From: Eledone cirrhosa
Taxonomy: Eukaryota
DNA: 64,000 nucleotides
NCBI GenBank assembly: GCA_964016885.1
Contig: OZ024743.1
Span: 290,470,001 to 290,534,000 of the forward strand
Reading direction: 5' to 3'
The translations under genes and the position numbers were made by a program. Within the stretch, counting starts at the first letter, position 1. The number at the start of each line of letters is the position of its first letter. Of this stretch, positions 1 to 12,077 are shown in pieces. Under the pieces are notes generated by a model. It did not search any database. It was not told the DNA's origin and worked only from the letters and a program-made list of their open reading frames with translations.

Positions 1-3000
1 TTGAGGCTTTCTACACTGCCATGTACTACCCATCAAATACATCGAATACAGAACAGACATATATCAACTGGAAAAAGAAACATCCCGAAAACAGAGGCTA
101 TATTGACAGTAACAAACTAGCCAATATACGAAGAAATATTGTAAGAAAAAAGTTACTAACTGATATAGAAATTGATCAGATCAAGCTATTAGCACAAAGT
201 CATCGAAGGGAAAATGAAACATGTGTCAGTGAAAACGAGGTAAACTGTAACACTTCGAATCCCAGGGTTGGGGCGGAATCACTGGCAACAGAACAAATTA
301 AAGAAAGGATTGAAAAAGTGGAGGGAGTGCATGCTCAGGATGAAACTCCAAATGAAAATAATGAGATCGTAAATGATAAAGAAATGAATGAGTATGAACT
401 TGCCAACTTGAAGGATGAAATTATGATCGAATGGATGAAAATGAAAGAATCTGACATGGGGCAACGAGACACCCTCCCTAAGATCCAGAACTCCAAACAG
501 AACCAAAAGATAATACACAAGACTAACATAATTCTCAAAAACATTATCATCACAAACAAACTAAACATTACTGATTTAAATCATCTCTATTATGCATCGG
601 CTAAAATCACCACTCACTTATGTGGAGTGAAGATGAAAAAACAAAGGAATTCCCACAAGAAATCTACTTGGCAAGAGAACATCAATCGCCAAATAAACCT
701 TCTCCGATCTGACATAGAAATTTTAACAAACTATAAAGTAGGTGAACATGTTAAACAAACTAAACTTAGAAAATTGAAAAAAAAGTAAAGTATAAAATCA
801 ATATGTGACATAGACATGCTAATAGAAATAATCAAGCAAAAAGTGTCCACCAAAGCTGCTCGTATAAGGCGCTTTGAAAAACGATCTAGATTCTATAAGG
901 ACAATAATATGTTCAAAAACAACCAAAGAAACTTCTACAGAAAAATTGGTAAGTCAACAATAACTGCTAAATCAATACCACCCAAGGAGGAAGTGCAAGA
1001 GTTCTGGGAAAAAATCTGGGCCGAAGAAAAAGTTCATAACATACATGCCCCATGGATAGACAGACAAATGAAAGATACAGCTCACCTTGAGGAACAAACA
1101 TGGGAAAATATAACAGTTGAACAGTTGCGCTTGGCTCTAAGAAAAACCAACAAATGGAAATCCCCAGGAAAAGACAAAATACAAAACGTTTGGTTAAATG
1201 CCTTCACAGAGTCTCATGAGCTGTTAGCCCAACTTTACAATGAAATAGTTAAGGAGCCAGAAAAGATACATTCATGGCTAGTTAACGGCATTACATTCCT
1301 GCTTCCGAAGAATGATGAGACAAACAATCCCAAAAATTACAGACCGATAACTTGCTTGACCACAATGTATAACATTTTAACATCAGTCCTAACTGAATAC
1401 ACATATGACCACCTGATAACAAATGACCTATTTCCCATTGAGCAGAAAGGGTGTAAACGAGGCTCATATAGCTGTAAGGATCAGCTTCTGGTTAACAAAA
1501 TGATGCTGGAAGATTGTCATAATACACACAAAAATCTATCGATTGCTTGGATAGATTATAAAAAAAGCATTTGATAGTTTGCCACACAGTTGGATTGAGA
1601 AATGTTTAGAGATTTTCAAAATGTCCCCCGTTGTCAGGAGGTTTTTGTCATTCAGTATGAAGACATGGAAAACGACACTCCTTTTGAATAGTGAAACAAA
1701 ATCACTGGAAGCTGGAGAAGTTAATATTAATTGTGGAATTTTTCAGGGTGACTCTTTATCACCGCTTTTATTCTGCATCGCACTTATACCATTAAGTAAA
1801 ATGCTCAATGAAACAAAACATGGACATAAAGTCTATGACAAAACCATTAATCACCTGTTCTACATGGATGACCTGAAACTATTTGCAAAAAATGATGACC
1901 AATTGTAAGGGCTATTATCCTCTGTGAAGCAGTTCAGTGATGACATTAAAATGGAGTTTGGACTAGATAAATGCGCCAAAGCAACGTTCACCAGAGGAAA
2001 GCTGCTGAAGAGTTCAGACATTAATCTTGATCGGGGGAACGTGATAAGAGAACTTGATCAAGAAAAATCTTACAAATATCTGAAGGAGACGGAATCAAGC
2101 ACTCGACAATGAGGGAAAGGATAAGGAAGGAATGTTACCACAGAGTATGAGCAATCTTAAGAACGGAATTGAATGCAAGGAATAGGATCGATGCCATAAA
2201 CACGCTTGCCATACCAGTAGTAACCTACAGTTACAATGTCATCAACTGGTCAAACACAGAGATCCGTAGGCTCGATACAAAAATTCGAAAATTCTTAACC
2301 ATGCACAGAATGCATCACCCTAAAGCAGATATAGATAGAATATATCTCCCTAGGAAAGAAGGAGGACGTGGGTTAATCCAGTTAGACATTGCGTTGAAAA
2401 CTGCAACAATTGGATTATCTACATATCTAAGGGAATCACATGATTGGATGATCAAAATCGTTTTGAAACACGAAAGCATCAAAAGATCATATTCCATTAC
2501 AAAAGATGCACAAAGATACAGTAATGGACTACAAATTTCAGAAGTCTCATTTACTGCTGAAATGGAAAACACAGAAAAAGCAAAGCAGGTAAAAGTAACT
2601 GCAAAGAAAGAACTGCTACAGAAACTGGCTAAGAAATGGCAAGAAAAGCCTCTGTATGGAAAATACCCAGAGCGAGCTAACAATCCTGATGTTTGACAAA
2701 ACTTTAACACATCAGTGGTTGGCATCCTCTGGACTGAAATCGGAGACTGAAGGACTGATTATATCGGCACAAGATCAGTGTCTGCCAACAAAAAATTACC
2801 AAGCCAACATAATAAAAAATGGGTGCAGCCCATTATGCCGCGTATGCAAAAAACAACCAGAGACCATTGACCATATAATTTCAATGTGCAGTCCTATAGC
2901 TCCAACCGAATACCTAAACAGGCATGACAGAGCTGCACAATACATACATTGGATAATGTGTAAGCATTTTGACCTGCCCCATCAAAAGAATTGGTGGGAG

Positions 3001-3545
3001 CATCAACCACCTCCCATACTTGAAAAAGATCACATCTCAATCTTGAGGAACTTTAGCATCCAAACAGACCGAAAAATAGATGGAAACAGACCGGATATAA
3101 TATTGAAAGACTTTCAAAAGAGGGTATGCCTGCTAATTGATATGTCTGTTCCAATAGACAAGAATGTATCTATAAAAACATTTGAAAAATTGAGCAAGTA
3201 TAAGGACCTGGAGATAGAAATTGGAAAAATGTGGAAATTGAGAACTAAAACAATACCAGTGGTTGTGGGCGCTCTGGGAATGATACCTAAGGGGTCTAAT
3301 GATTACATATTGCAAATCCCAGGAAACCCGCGTATAGGAGAAATACAAAAGATAGTACTAATGGGAACTGCCCATATACTAAGGAAGATTCTGTCAATAT
3401 AAGTACATCACAAGTCTAAACACTAAAGATGCATGTGTGAATATGTATGTTCTTTCTTGAACATGGCGGACCTTGTTGTCTCTTGAGGTCACTGGTTGTG
3501 ACTTGGTGATAACTCGTATGAACATAAAGCAAGATAAATGCAACT

Positions 3546-3546
<1 letters not shown>
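1..3546 (+). mobile_element. R4/Dong-clade non-LTR retrotransposon (family Dong-1), near full length, disrupted ORF; 5' end lies outside the window
   Basis: ORF pieces 21-3402 give RT motifs (KSPGKDKI, NYRPITCL, WIDYKK, GIFQGDSLSPLLF, HLFYMDDLKLF), a CCHC finger (CRVCKKQPETIDHIISMC) and a restriction-like endonuclease (NRPDII..LIDMSVP..KLSKY). The 3' UTR ends directly in (TAA)n at 3547. Confidence 0.93.

Positions 3547-3577
<31 letters not shown>
3547..3577. repeat. (TAA)n linker between Dong-1 tail and Tx1-A tail
   Basis: Pure TAA tract with an element 3' end on each side. Confidence 0.97.
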
Positions 3578-3578
<1 letters not shown>

Positions 3579-6500
3579 TTTTCTTTATTAACCACAAGGG
3601 TTTACATAAAGTAGACATTAAGGACAGTACAGGACAATACAGGACGGTACAAATGGGCATTTCTGCGTGTAAAAAACAGAGGATGTAATAAAATAACAAA
3701 GAAAAATTCCCCAATAGGGGGGAGACTTCCGAGGGACATTTGTGGAGAAAGCCCATTAAAAGACCACAGTGACCCTGACCACCAGGACAAGTGCCCTCTC
3801 CCAGTTTTCCACCTTTAATTTACAGACACATACTCAGAGTAGGCACATTCACTCGGGCCATTCTTGCTTCTCTCACCCATCTTTCAACAAAATGCTGGTA
3901 AGAGAGCACTTCCCTCTCTACCCTGATTTTCCTTTTCAAATGAAATTTGAAAAAGTTAATCAGGGCATCACCGAAGAGGTAAGTGCTCGTCTTCAGCCCT
4001 TTCAAACGTGTCCACCATACTATCTCTTTCGCCATGGCCACCAGACAGAGAAAAACTGCCTGCCCTTTCCGACTAAAGGAAGAGGGCGGGGCAATCCTCA
4101 CGATGGACTCAGCTGATAGCTGGATCTGTCCTACACGTGACAGCAGGTGTTCGACACAAACCCACAAGTCAGCAATGCTCGGACACTGGACGAGTGCGTG
4201 CAGGACGGTTTCGTCGCCCTGCGCGCATCTCGGACATGCCCGGCTGACGGCACCTCCATGCCTGTAGAGTTTATCCCGAACTGGCAAAGCTCCCCGGTAG
4301 CACTGCTAGGCCAGGGATTTCTGGAAGTTGTCCATAGGCCCCGGCCCGAAGCCCTTCCGAAGAGATTGGCTAGTTGATTTTCGTCGACACCTAGAGTTTC
4401 TCCAAGTACGTCGTCGCTCTTCCCCTCCACTAATCCTCTATAGAACGCCAAGGTGGAGTTTCCACCGATCACATTGCCCGATTGGTCGAGGGCTGTGAGC
4501 GCCTGAAGACATTCCAGTCTCCAAGCGCTCCCTCTCGGTCTTCACTTGATCCAGGACTGCAGCTCCGTCAAGGAGACGAGCTGGGGAAATACGTGTCTAG
4601 CAAACGGCGACCACACCTGATCACCGTCGAGGAAGAGGTGGAGATGTCGTAGCCTGAGCGCGTGTCTGCGCTTCATCAGCCACGGCATGCCCAGCCCTCC
4701 ACGTAGCGGGTTTGACAGCAGATGGACCACCTGACTATCGAAGCGCGTCCCTTCCACAATAAGCGAAAGAGCAAACGCTCCAGCGCAGTCAGGCGGGGCT
4801 TAGAACGAGGTACGACGGTCAGGGGGTAGCAGATGACAGACGCGATGTACGCGTTAGCCACCTCCGCTCGACTTTTCAGGGATAGCTTCCTCTCGGCCCA
4901 TTTCTGGCTGAGAGAAACCACCCTGCTCGTCACCTCGTCCCAGTTTTTGTCCGTCTGGAGGTCCGGACCGAACCAGACCCCAAGCAATTTATCGGTCCGT
5001 CCGTCCAGCGCCCGACGACGCTGTTGGACGACATGGACCTGCCTCTCCAGGCGACGAGCTGCAGGCCCAATGACTTTTCCTGGTTGATCATTTCTCCTGT
5101 CACCGCTTTGTATTCTCTTAGTGTAGTGCCGAACGCCTCGATGTGTTTGGCGTTCGACACCACTACGGTGACATCGTCCGCATATGGTGACACGGATCTT
5201 CCGCATCCTAGTTCGCGCATGACCCCCCTTACCGTCTCCAGTTTGTGCAGTAATGGCTCGAGAGTCAATACGTACAAGAGGCACGAGAGGGGACATCCTT
5301 GGCGGACCGAGCGCATGATGTTGAACGGTTCCGAAAGGTAACCGTTCACTCTCACCACAGAGCAGATGTCGCTGTGCATGGCAGCGATGCAGCCTCTAAA
5401 GACGCGTCCAAAGCCAGCCGCCCTCAGGACTGCCGCTAGGTAACGATGGTCGACCCTATCGAAAGCTTTCGACTGATATAAATTTATCAAAGACCCACCC
5501 GTGCCAGGTTCCCTAGCTACCCTCTCTACGATGTATCGCATGAGGTGGAGGTTGTCGTGGATGGATCTGTCGGGAATGGCGCATGTCTGCGCCTCTCCCA
5601 CCAGACCACCTACGACAAGCGCCAACTTCTTTGCTCGCACCTTGGCCAAAATCTTGAACTCTGTGTTTAGCAGAGTTATGGACCTGAAATTATCTATGTT
5701 ATCCCCCTTGGTCTGATCCTTTCTCAGCAGCGCCACCGCTCCTCGGCTCACAGACCTGGGATTTCTCGCGTTCTGTTACCAGTTGCAGTAGACGTCCACC
5801 AAGAGGCCTCCGAACAAGTCTGGCATTTGTACGTAAATTTCATAGGGCAGACCATCCAAACCAGGCGATTTACCCCTTGTGCAGCCAGTCATTGCCTCCC
5901 GTACTTCAGCGGCTGTTATCGGAATTTCGCAACACTCCGCCTCAGTGGCCTAGAGCCGCGGCAGTCCGTCGAGTTAGACACTAAAGTCCATCCCTCGATC
6001 CGGCCCGCCGCTGCCCCCGAACAGTTGAGCGAAGTGTCGCTGAAAAGCTTCACAAATTTGCCCGGGATCGAGTAGCATGCGCCCGTCGTGGTCCACAAAG
6101 ACCGGATCGTGGCTTTGTTGCCACGACGCGCCTCCTCCACTCGGGCCCATTGAACGGCTTTCGTCCCGTCGTGTCTGAGAGCACGCACCCTAGCTCTGAC
6201 AACGCAGCCTTCGTGCTTTGCATTGAAGAATTGGTCAAGGGCCAATTTCACGGCAAGTAAGTCGGTCGCGATGCCTTTGCTAAGCGCCTCGTCTAATTTT
6301 CTAACTAATTCTCCATCTGCTCTATTTTTCTCTATTGCTAAAGCCTTACTAAACCTAATGGACTCTATTCTAATTGCTCTTTTCAGAGCAAACCACCACT
6401 TGTTGTTCACGATGGCCCCCGTCAACGCCCGCTTAATTAGTTCGCTAATCCGGTCTCTGTACGCCTTGCGCGCTGGTAAGGACGCGTTTAGCTTCCAGTA

Positions 6501-9399
6501 GCCTGGTCCTCGTCTATGAAGCCTATCTAAGTCAAGCACACAGATCACGAATTTGTGGTCCGTGTAGCTGACTATCTTCAATTGTGGACAGCCTATGCTA
6601 GACCTATCTATTTTCCTACAATATACTCTATCTAGATATGATCTGGATGACCCTATGCGATTTGTCCAAATCCATATTGTTACTTTCGGGAAATCCAATC
6701 GGTACCTGTCAGACAGTTCAAAACGGCTTAGCAGGTTGGTGAGACTCTTGCACCCTCCTCCCCTATCCACAAATCCCACACAGTCCCAGCGTGCATCTAA
6801 GATCCCTTTCCAGTCGCCCACTAACACTAAAGAGCGGGACGTTCCAAGAAAGGTCTCCAGACGCCGGAAGAAATCAGGCCGCCCTGCTCCTGTCGGGACA
6901 TAGACGGCCACTAACCTTAAAGCTTTCCCGTCTCCGCTGGTCACGTCCAGCACCACCAACTTACCTTCTGGGTCCAGGAAGATGGCCCGTATGGCAAGAC
7001 CTACACCGCTCCGAAAAAGCACAGCAACTCCACCCCCCGATCCCGGACGGCTGGGAGATGCGTACACATCGTAGCCGCCGAAGATCGGTGCGAAGGCCCG
7101 TGCTTCGGAGATTCTGGTCTCGCTGATGGCCATGTTTAGTGACCTGATGTCGTTGAGCAGGTGGCCCTGCTTCCATGACGACCCTAAGCCACGCGCATTT
7201 ATGCTGACTATTCTGAGTGAGCTAATGTTGAAATGGAGTGGAAAAGATGGGAAAGACCACTTACCTTACTTCTCGTAGAGGAAGGACGGTTTTTCCATCC
7301 TTTTCACTGCTTGTGGCATCCTCAGGAGGGATGTCCTTATAAATCCTCCTGGAGAGTGCTTGTCGGAAGTCTCCGATCTCCTTGGGTAATTTTTCTTTTA
7401 GTGTCATGTACGTTTTCTGTGTGATGCGAGTGATTTGTACGTGTGGAGGTGGTGTGAATTTTTGGGTTGTTGTGTAGTCTTTTTCTGTGATGCTGGTGTT
7501 GTGTTGGATGTAGTATAATAATTGGTTGCTGTTCAAATTTAATGCTGTGTAGTGTGTATCGTTTTGGTTTTTTTGTTTGGTTTTTTTATTTGCGTTTGTT
7601 GTGGGTTTTGTTTGTTTCGCATTTTGGTGACTTTTGTGGTGTAGGTGATGGTGGTGATAGTGTTGGTGTTTGGGATGATGAGGTTGGTGTATCTGGTGTT
7701 GATGGTGGCATATCTGTCCTAACTTTTTTGATTGTTAATTTATTTGTTTCCCTCTGTATTTTGTTTTTGGAGGGGGAAGGAAGAGAATTTTTTCTTTTTT
7801 GGTTTCTCTTTTTCTTTTTTCCTGATACCGTTTCCCACTCCTCGTCGTCACAATCTGTCTCCAGTTGTGATAGGCTGGGGAGTGTAAAATCCTCCACAGG
7901 CGTTAGTTTTGGTTGTGGCGTGGTGGATGGTGTAAGCGCTGGTGCCAGTCCTGAAGCGTTGGGTGGTGGTGGTGTTTTTTTTTGCTACTGTTGCTGGGGT
8001 TGTTGCTGTTACAGTTGCTTCTGTTGTTGCTGCCATTTCTGCTGTTGGTGGTGTTGATGGTTGACTCACTGGGGTGAGTAAGAGAGGTGGCCTCAACCTT
8101 TTAGCCTGAGGGCAGAAAGGCCTTAGGTGCGTTCCTTCTCCACAAACGACACACCTAGGCCTTCTGCCCTCGACGATTACGATAAGGAGGCTGCCGTCAG
8201 TTAGGTCTATTACCTCTGGGATCTCCTCAATGCTTTTTTGGTCCGCTTGGATCAGGAGCTCCATCCCAGATCCGGACCAGTTCTCCTGCTTTTCTTTCGC
8301 TATTTCGATTATCTTGGTGTTGGCTTCGATGCCGGCGAGGACGGCAGCTATTAGCTAGGGAATTTCGATGGCCGGTGGAACGTGAGTCACCCTGATCTTC
8401 ACGAGTCTCTGGCCACAATAGCTTGGGACGAGTGTGAAATCGTCACTTCTTAATGGGGCCATGGAGTGTTCTCTGGCCTCCTGTGATGTTTCAAAGTACA
8501 CATCCACGGATCCATATTTCTGCCCACGTCTGATGTGGGTTTCTTTTTCCCACACATGTCCCAAAGCTTTTTGGAATTGGGACTCGGATGCCCGTTCCCC
8601 TCGGCGCGATTTTATGTTAATCGTCCGATAAGACACTGTGCTTAACGGTGCATAGGCACCGATGCTCCGTTTTATTATGTGTGTGTGTGTGGGGGTGGGG
8701 GTGGGGCTGACCCTATACCCATCTTTCTTAACCATTTTCTTGGCTTCTTCTAATTCCTCCTGAGTTACCTGAAATGCTTCGCACTGTTTTGCTACTCTGA
8801 CAAAACTCAGGGTGGTCTTCTTAATTTCGTTGTTGCTGTTGTTGTTATCGTTATTTTTGTTATTGTTAATTTTAGTTTCAGTTGTAATGGTGGTGGCGTC
8901 AATGGTGTTCTGTATGGAAGAGTTCATTTTGGTTGCATTAATTTCGATATCACGAGTTAATTTATTTTTTTCTTTTGTTTCTGTTGTCGCTGTGGTGATG
9001 GTGGGGGTGGCGGCTTTAACAACTGAAGTCATTGGAAATGGCGGGAAATGAATGTCTGACTGAGACAAATTTAAAATATTGCTACTGCTTATATTTTTAG
9101 TGTTGGCAAACGTAGTAATATTTACAATGGTGGTGTCGGTGTGAGGTGTTTGTTTGTGAGGAAGGTGTGACACTGAGTCGTCCATGATATTTCCAAGAAC
9201 AATCTTTGTTTGATAATTATAAAGTTTAAATTTTGGGCTCAAGGCCCCAATCCTTTTGAGTGTCCTTTTCAGAAAACAATGTATGTGCACTTATATACAG
9301 TTAACAATAAAAATTATCCATAAATGGCTATTTTAAAAAAACTGAAAATAACAAACCTTTGCGGAGCTCAAGATAGTACGATTTAGCACGTTGGTCGCC
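3578..9399 (-). mobile_element. Tx1-clade (L1 group) non-LTR retrotransposon, subfamily A, full length, disrupted
   Basis: ORF1 (about 9290-7261) has a CCHC knuckle CVVCGEGTHLRPFC. ORF2 (about 7228-3820) has an APE endonuclease (ISETR, VGDW.G, SYLDR, TDH), RT (QSKAFDRVDH, SVRQGCPLS, YADD) and C-terminal CPRC..ETVLH..QC. The 3' end is AATAAA plus (ATT)n; the 5' end GGCGACC abuts a TAA tract, as in the copy at 53811. Confidence 0.92.
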
Positions 9400-9456
9400 A
9401 ATAATAATAATATTAATAATAATAATACTAATAATAATATTAACAATAATAATAAT
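9400..9456. repeat. Imperfect (AAT)n linker between Tx1-A 5' end and Tx1-B tail
   Basis: Read directly from the sequence. Confidence 0.95.
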
Positions 9457-10698
9457 GATTTCTTTATTGGCCACAAGGGCTGACATCAAGAAAAACATTA
9501 CAGATGGCACAGTACGGTACAGGACGGTACGATGTGGGTTTTGTGCGTGTACACATGTTTATTATTTATATAAGAAAAGAAAAAAGTATATAGAAACATA
9601 TATATATATAAACAATAACAGTGAAAAGAGAAACAATGAAAACTTCCCCAATAGGGTGGAAAACTCCGAGGGTTACTCGTGGCGAAAACCACACAAAAGA
9701 CCACGGCCACCCTGACCACCAGAGCAAGCGCCCTCTCTCAATTTTTTCATTTCTCAAACTACAGCCGTATATTCAGAGCAGTCCCGTTCACTCGGACTAT
9801 TCTCGCTACATTCACCCACCTTTCAACAAACTTGCTACAGGGCAGCACTAGCCTCTGCACCCAGATTTTCCTCTTTAAGTGATACCTGAAAAATTAGATA
9901 GGGATTCGCCGAAGAGGAAGTGTTTGTCTAACCCTTTAAACCTTGTCCACCACACAATCTCTTTCGCCATAGCCACCAGGCAGATGAAATCCGCCTGCCC
10001 TTCCTCCTCAAAAGAAGACGGCGAGACCATCTGCATAATGGACTCAGTCGATAACCGGATCAGTCCTACACGCGACAGCAACTGTTCGACATACCTCCAC
10101 AAGTCAGCAATGCTCGGCCACTGAACGAATGCGTGGACGACGGTTTCGTCGCTCTGTGGGCATCTCAGACAGGCTCGGCTGACGGCACTTCCGTGCCTGT
10201 AGAGCTTATCTCAAACCGGCAGCGCTCCCCGGTAGCACTGCCAGGCCAGGGATTTTTGGGAGTTATCTATAGGCCCTGGCTGAAAGTTCTCCGGAAGAGA
10301 GCAAACAGCTGATCTTCTTCGACGTCCAGCATCTCTCAGAGAATGTTGTCGCTCTTCCCCTCCACTAGTCCTGTATAGAATGCCGAGGTGGATGTCCACC
10401 GAAACTGGTTCCCAGCTGGCAGAGGGTAGTGAGCGCCTGGAGACATTCCAGTTTCCAAGCGCTATCCCTCGGTCTTTTTCTCACCCAGGACTGCAGCTCC
10501 GTCAAGGAGACGGCCTGTGGGAAAACGTGCCTGGCGAACGGCGACCACACCTGTTCACCGTCAAGGAAGCACCAGAGATGTCACAGCCTCAGCGCATGTT
10601 TGCGCATCATCAGCCATGGCATGCCCAGTCCTCCACGCAACGGGTGTTGACAGTAGATGGATCGTCTGACCATGGGAGCGCGTCCCTACAACAACAGC
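9457..10698 (-). mobile_element. Tx1-clade subfamily B, 5'-truncated (ORF2 C-terminus plus 3' UTR)
   Basis: WSPFARHVFPQ..LTELQSWV, QKSLAWQCYRGALPV and KEIVWWTR match Tx1-A. The distinct 3' UTR ends GCCCTTGTGGCCAATAAAGAAATC(ATT)n. Confidence 0.9.
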
Positions 10699-11837
10699 AT
10701 GCCGTGGCTAATGATGCGCAGACATGCGTTGAGGCTGCGACATCTCCAGCTATTCTGGCTCAACGGTGAACAGGTGTGGTCGCCGTTTATCAAACGGGCC
10801 TTTCCGCAGCTCATTTCTTTGACTGAGCTGCAGTCCTGGGTCAAGAATAGACCGAGACTGGGTGACTGGCACCTGGAATGTTGCCAGGCACTCAATTCCC
10901 TCTACCAAGCGGGCAATGCGATCAGTGGAACTTCCACTCTCGAGTTCTATAGAGGATTAGTGGTGGGCAAGTGCGATGACGCACTCGGAGAAGCTTTGAG
11001 CCTCGACGAAGTCGAACTGACCAGTCTGTACCGGAGAAATTTTGAGCCGGGGACGATGGACAATTCCAGAAATCCCTCGCTTGGCAGTGCTACCGGGGGG
11101 ACACTGCCGGTTCGGGATAATCTCTACAGACACGGAAGTGCTGTCAGACGGACCTGCCAAAGTATGCGCACAGAACTACGAAACAGTTCTGCACCCACTT
11201 GTCCAATGTCCATGCATTACTGACTTGTGGAGTTATGTCGAACAGCTTCTGTCGCGTGTGGATCGAATCCGGCTATCGGCCGAGTCCATAGTGAAGATCG
11301 ATCCACCGCCTTTCTTAGGTCAGGAAGAGCAGGAAATTTTCCTCTGTCTGGTGGCAGTTATATGGTGGACCGGGTTAAAAGGACTGAAGACAGGCACTTT
11401 TCTCTTCGGCCAATCCCTCATCAACTACTTCAAGTTTCACCTGGAAAGGAGGGTGAGGGTGGAGAGAGAAGTGCTGCCCTCCAGTACATTTGCTAAAAGG
11501 TGGGTGAATGTGGCGAGAATGTCTCGTGTGAATGGCCCTACTCTGACCATGCGCCTATAGGCTAGCTAACTTGAGGAGAGGGGTGCTCTCCCTGGGTGCC
11601 CTAGAAACGCAGGGTGGTTCAGGATTGGTGGGGTACGAGTCACCCCAGGGTCGTACACCCCCTATCGGTGAATTTATTTTGTTAAATTTATGCATAGTTT
11701 ATTTTATATTTTTATATTTTCATTGTTAAATTAGTCTTGCCATTGTGCACATTTACTCGACCTTATTGTAATCCCCCACTGTCCCTGTCTTTGTATTGTC
11801 CCCTATATGTCGGCCCTTGTGGCTAATAAATGAAATC
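10697..11837 (+). mobile_element. Tx1-clade subfamily C, 5'-truncated
   Basis: MPWLMMRRHALRLRHLQLFWLNGEQVW through GPTLTMRL; closely matches about 52420-53574; ends AATAAATGAAATC(ATT)n. Confidence 0.9.
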
Positions 11838-11865
11838 ATTATTATTATTATTATTATTATAGAAG

Positions 11866-12049
11866 GGCAGTGGATTGGCAGTATCGGTAGAGGGTCGGAC
11901 GCCATGCTTTCCAGCATAGTTACGTCCCTTTACAGTCTGAGTTCAAATCCCGCCGAGGTTGACTTTGCCTTTCATCCTTACGGGGTCGATAAAATAAAGT
12001 ACCAGCAATGCACTGGGTAATTGCTGGCCTTGTGCCTAAAGTAGAAACA
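11866..12049 (+). mobile_element. tRNA-derived SINE with (ATT)n tail
   Basis: A-box-like TGGCAGTATCGG, B box GAGTTCAAATCC, central GCCTTTCATCCTTACGGGGTCGATAAAATAAAGTACCAG; several copies in the window. Confidence 0.9.
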
Positions 12050-12077
12050 ATTATTATTATTATTATTATTATTATTA

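Noticed and set aside
3769-8057. Plus-strand ORFs antisense to Tx1-A (and equivalents at 50-59 kb)
   Set aside because: Shadow frames of GC-rich or low-complexity coding sequence with no recognisable domains.
11866-11955. tRNA gene
   Set aside because: A and B boxes are present, but there is no cloverleaf and the sequence is repeated with a core and tail, so it is a SINE head.
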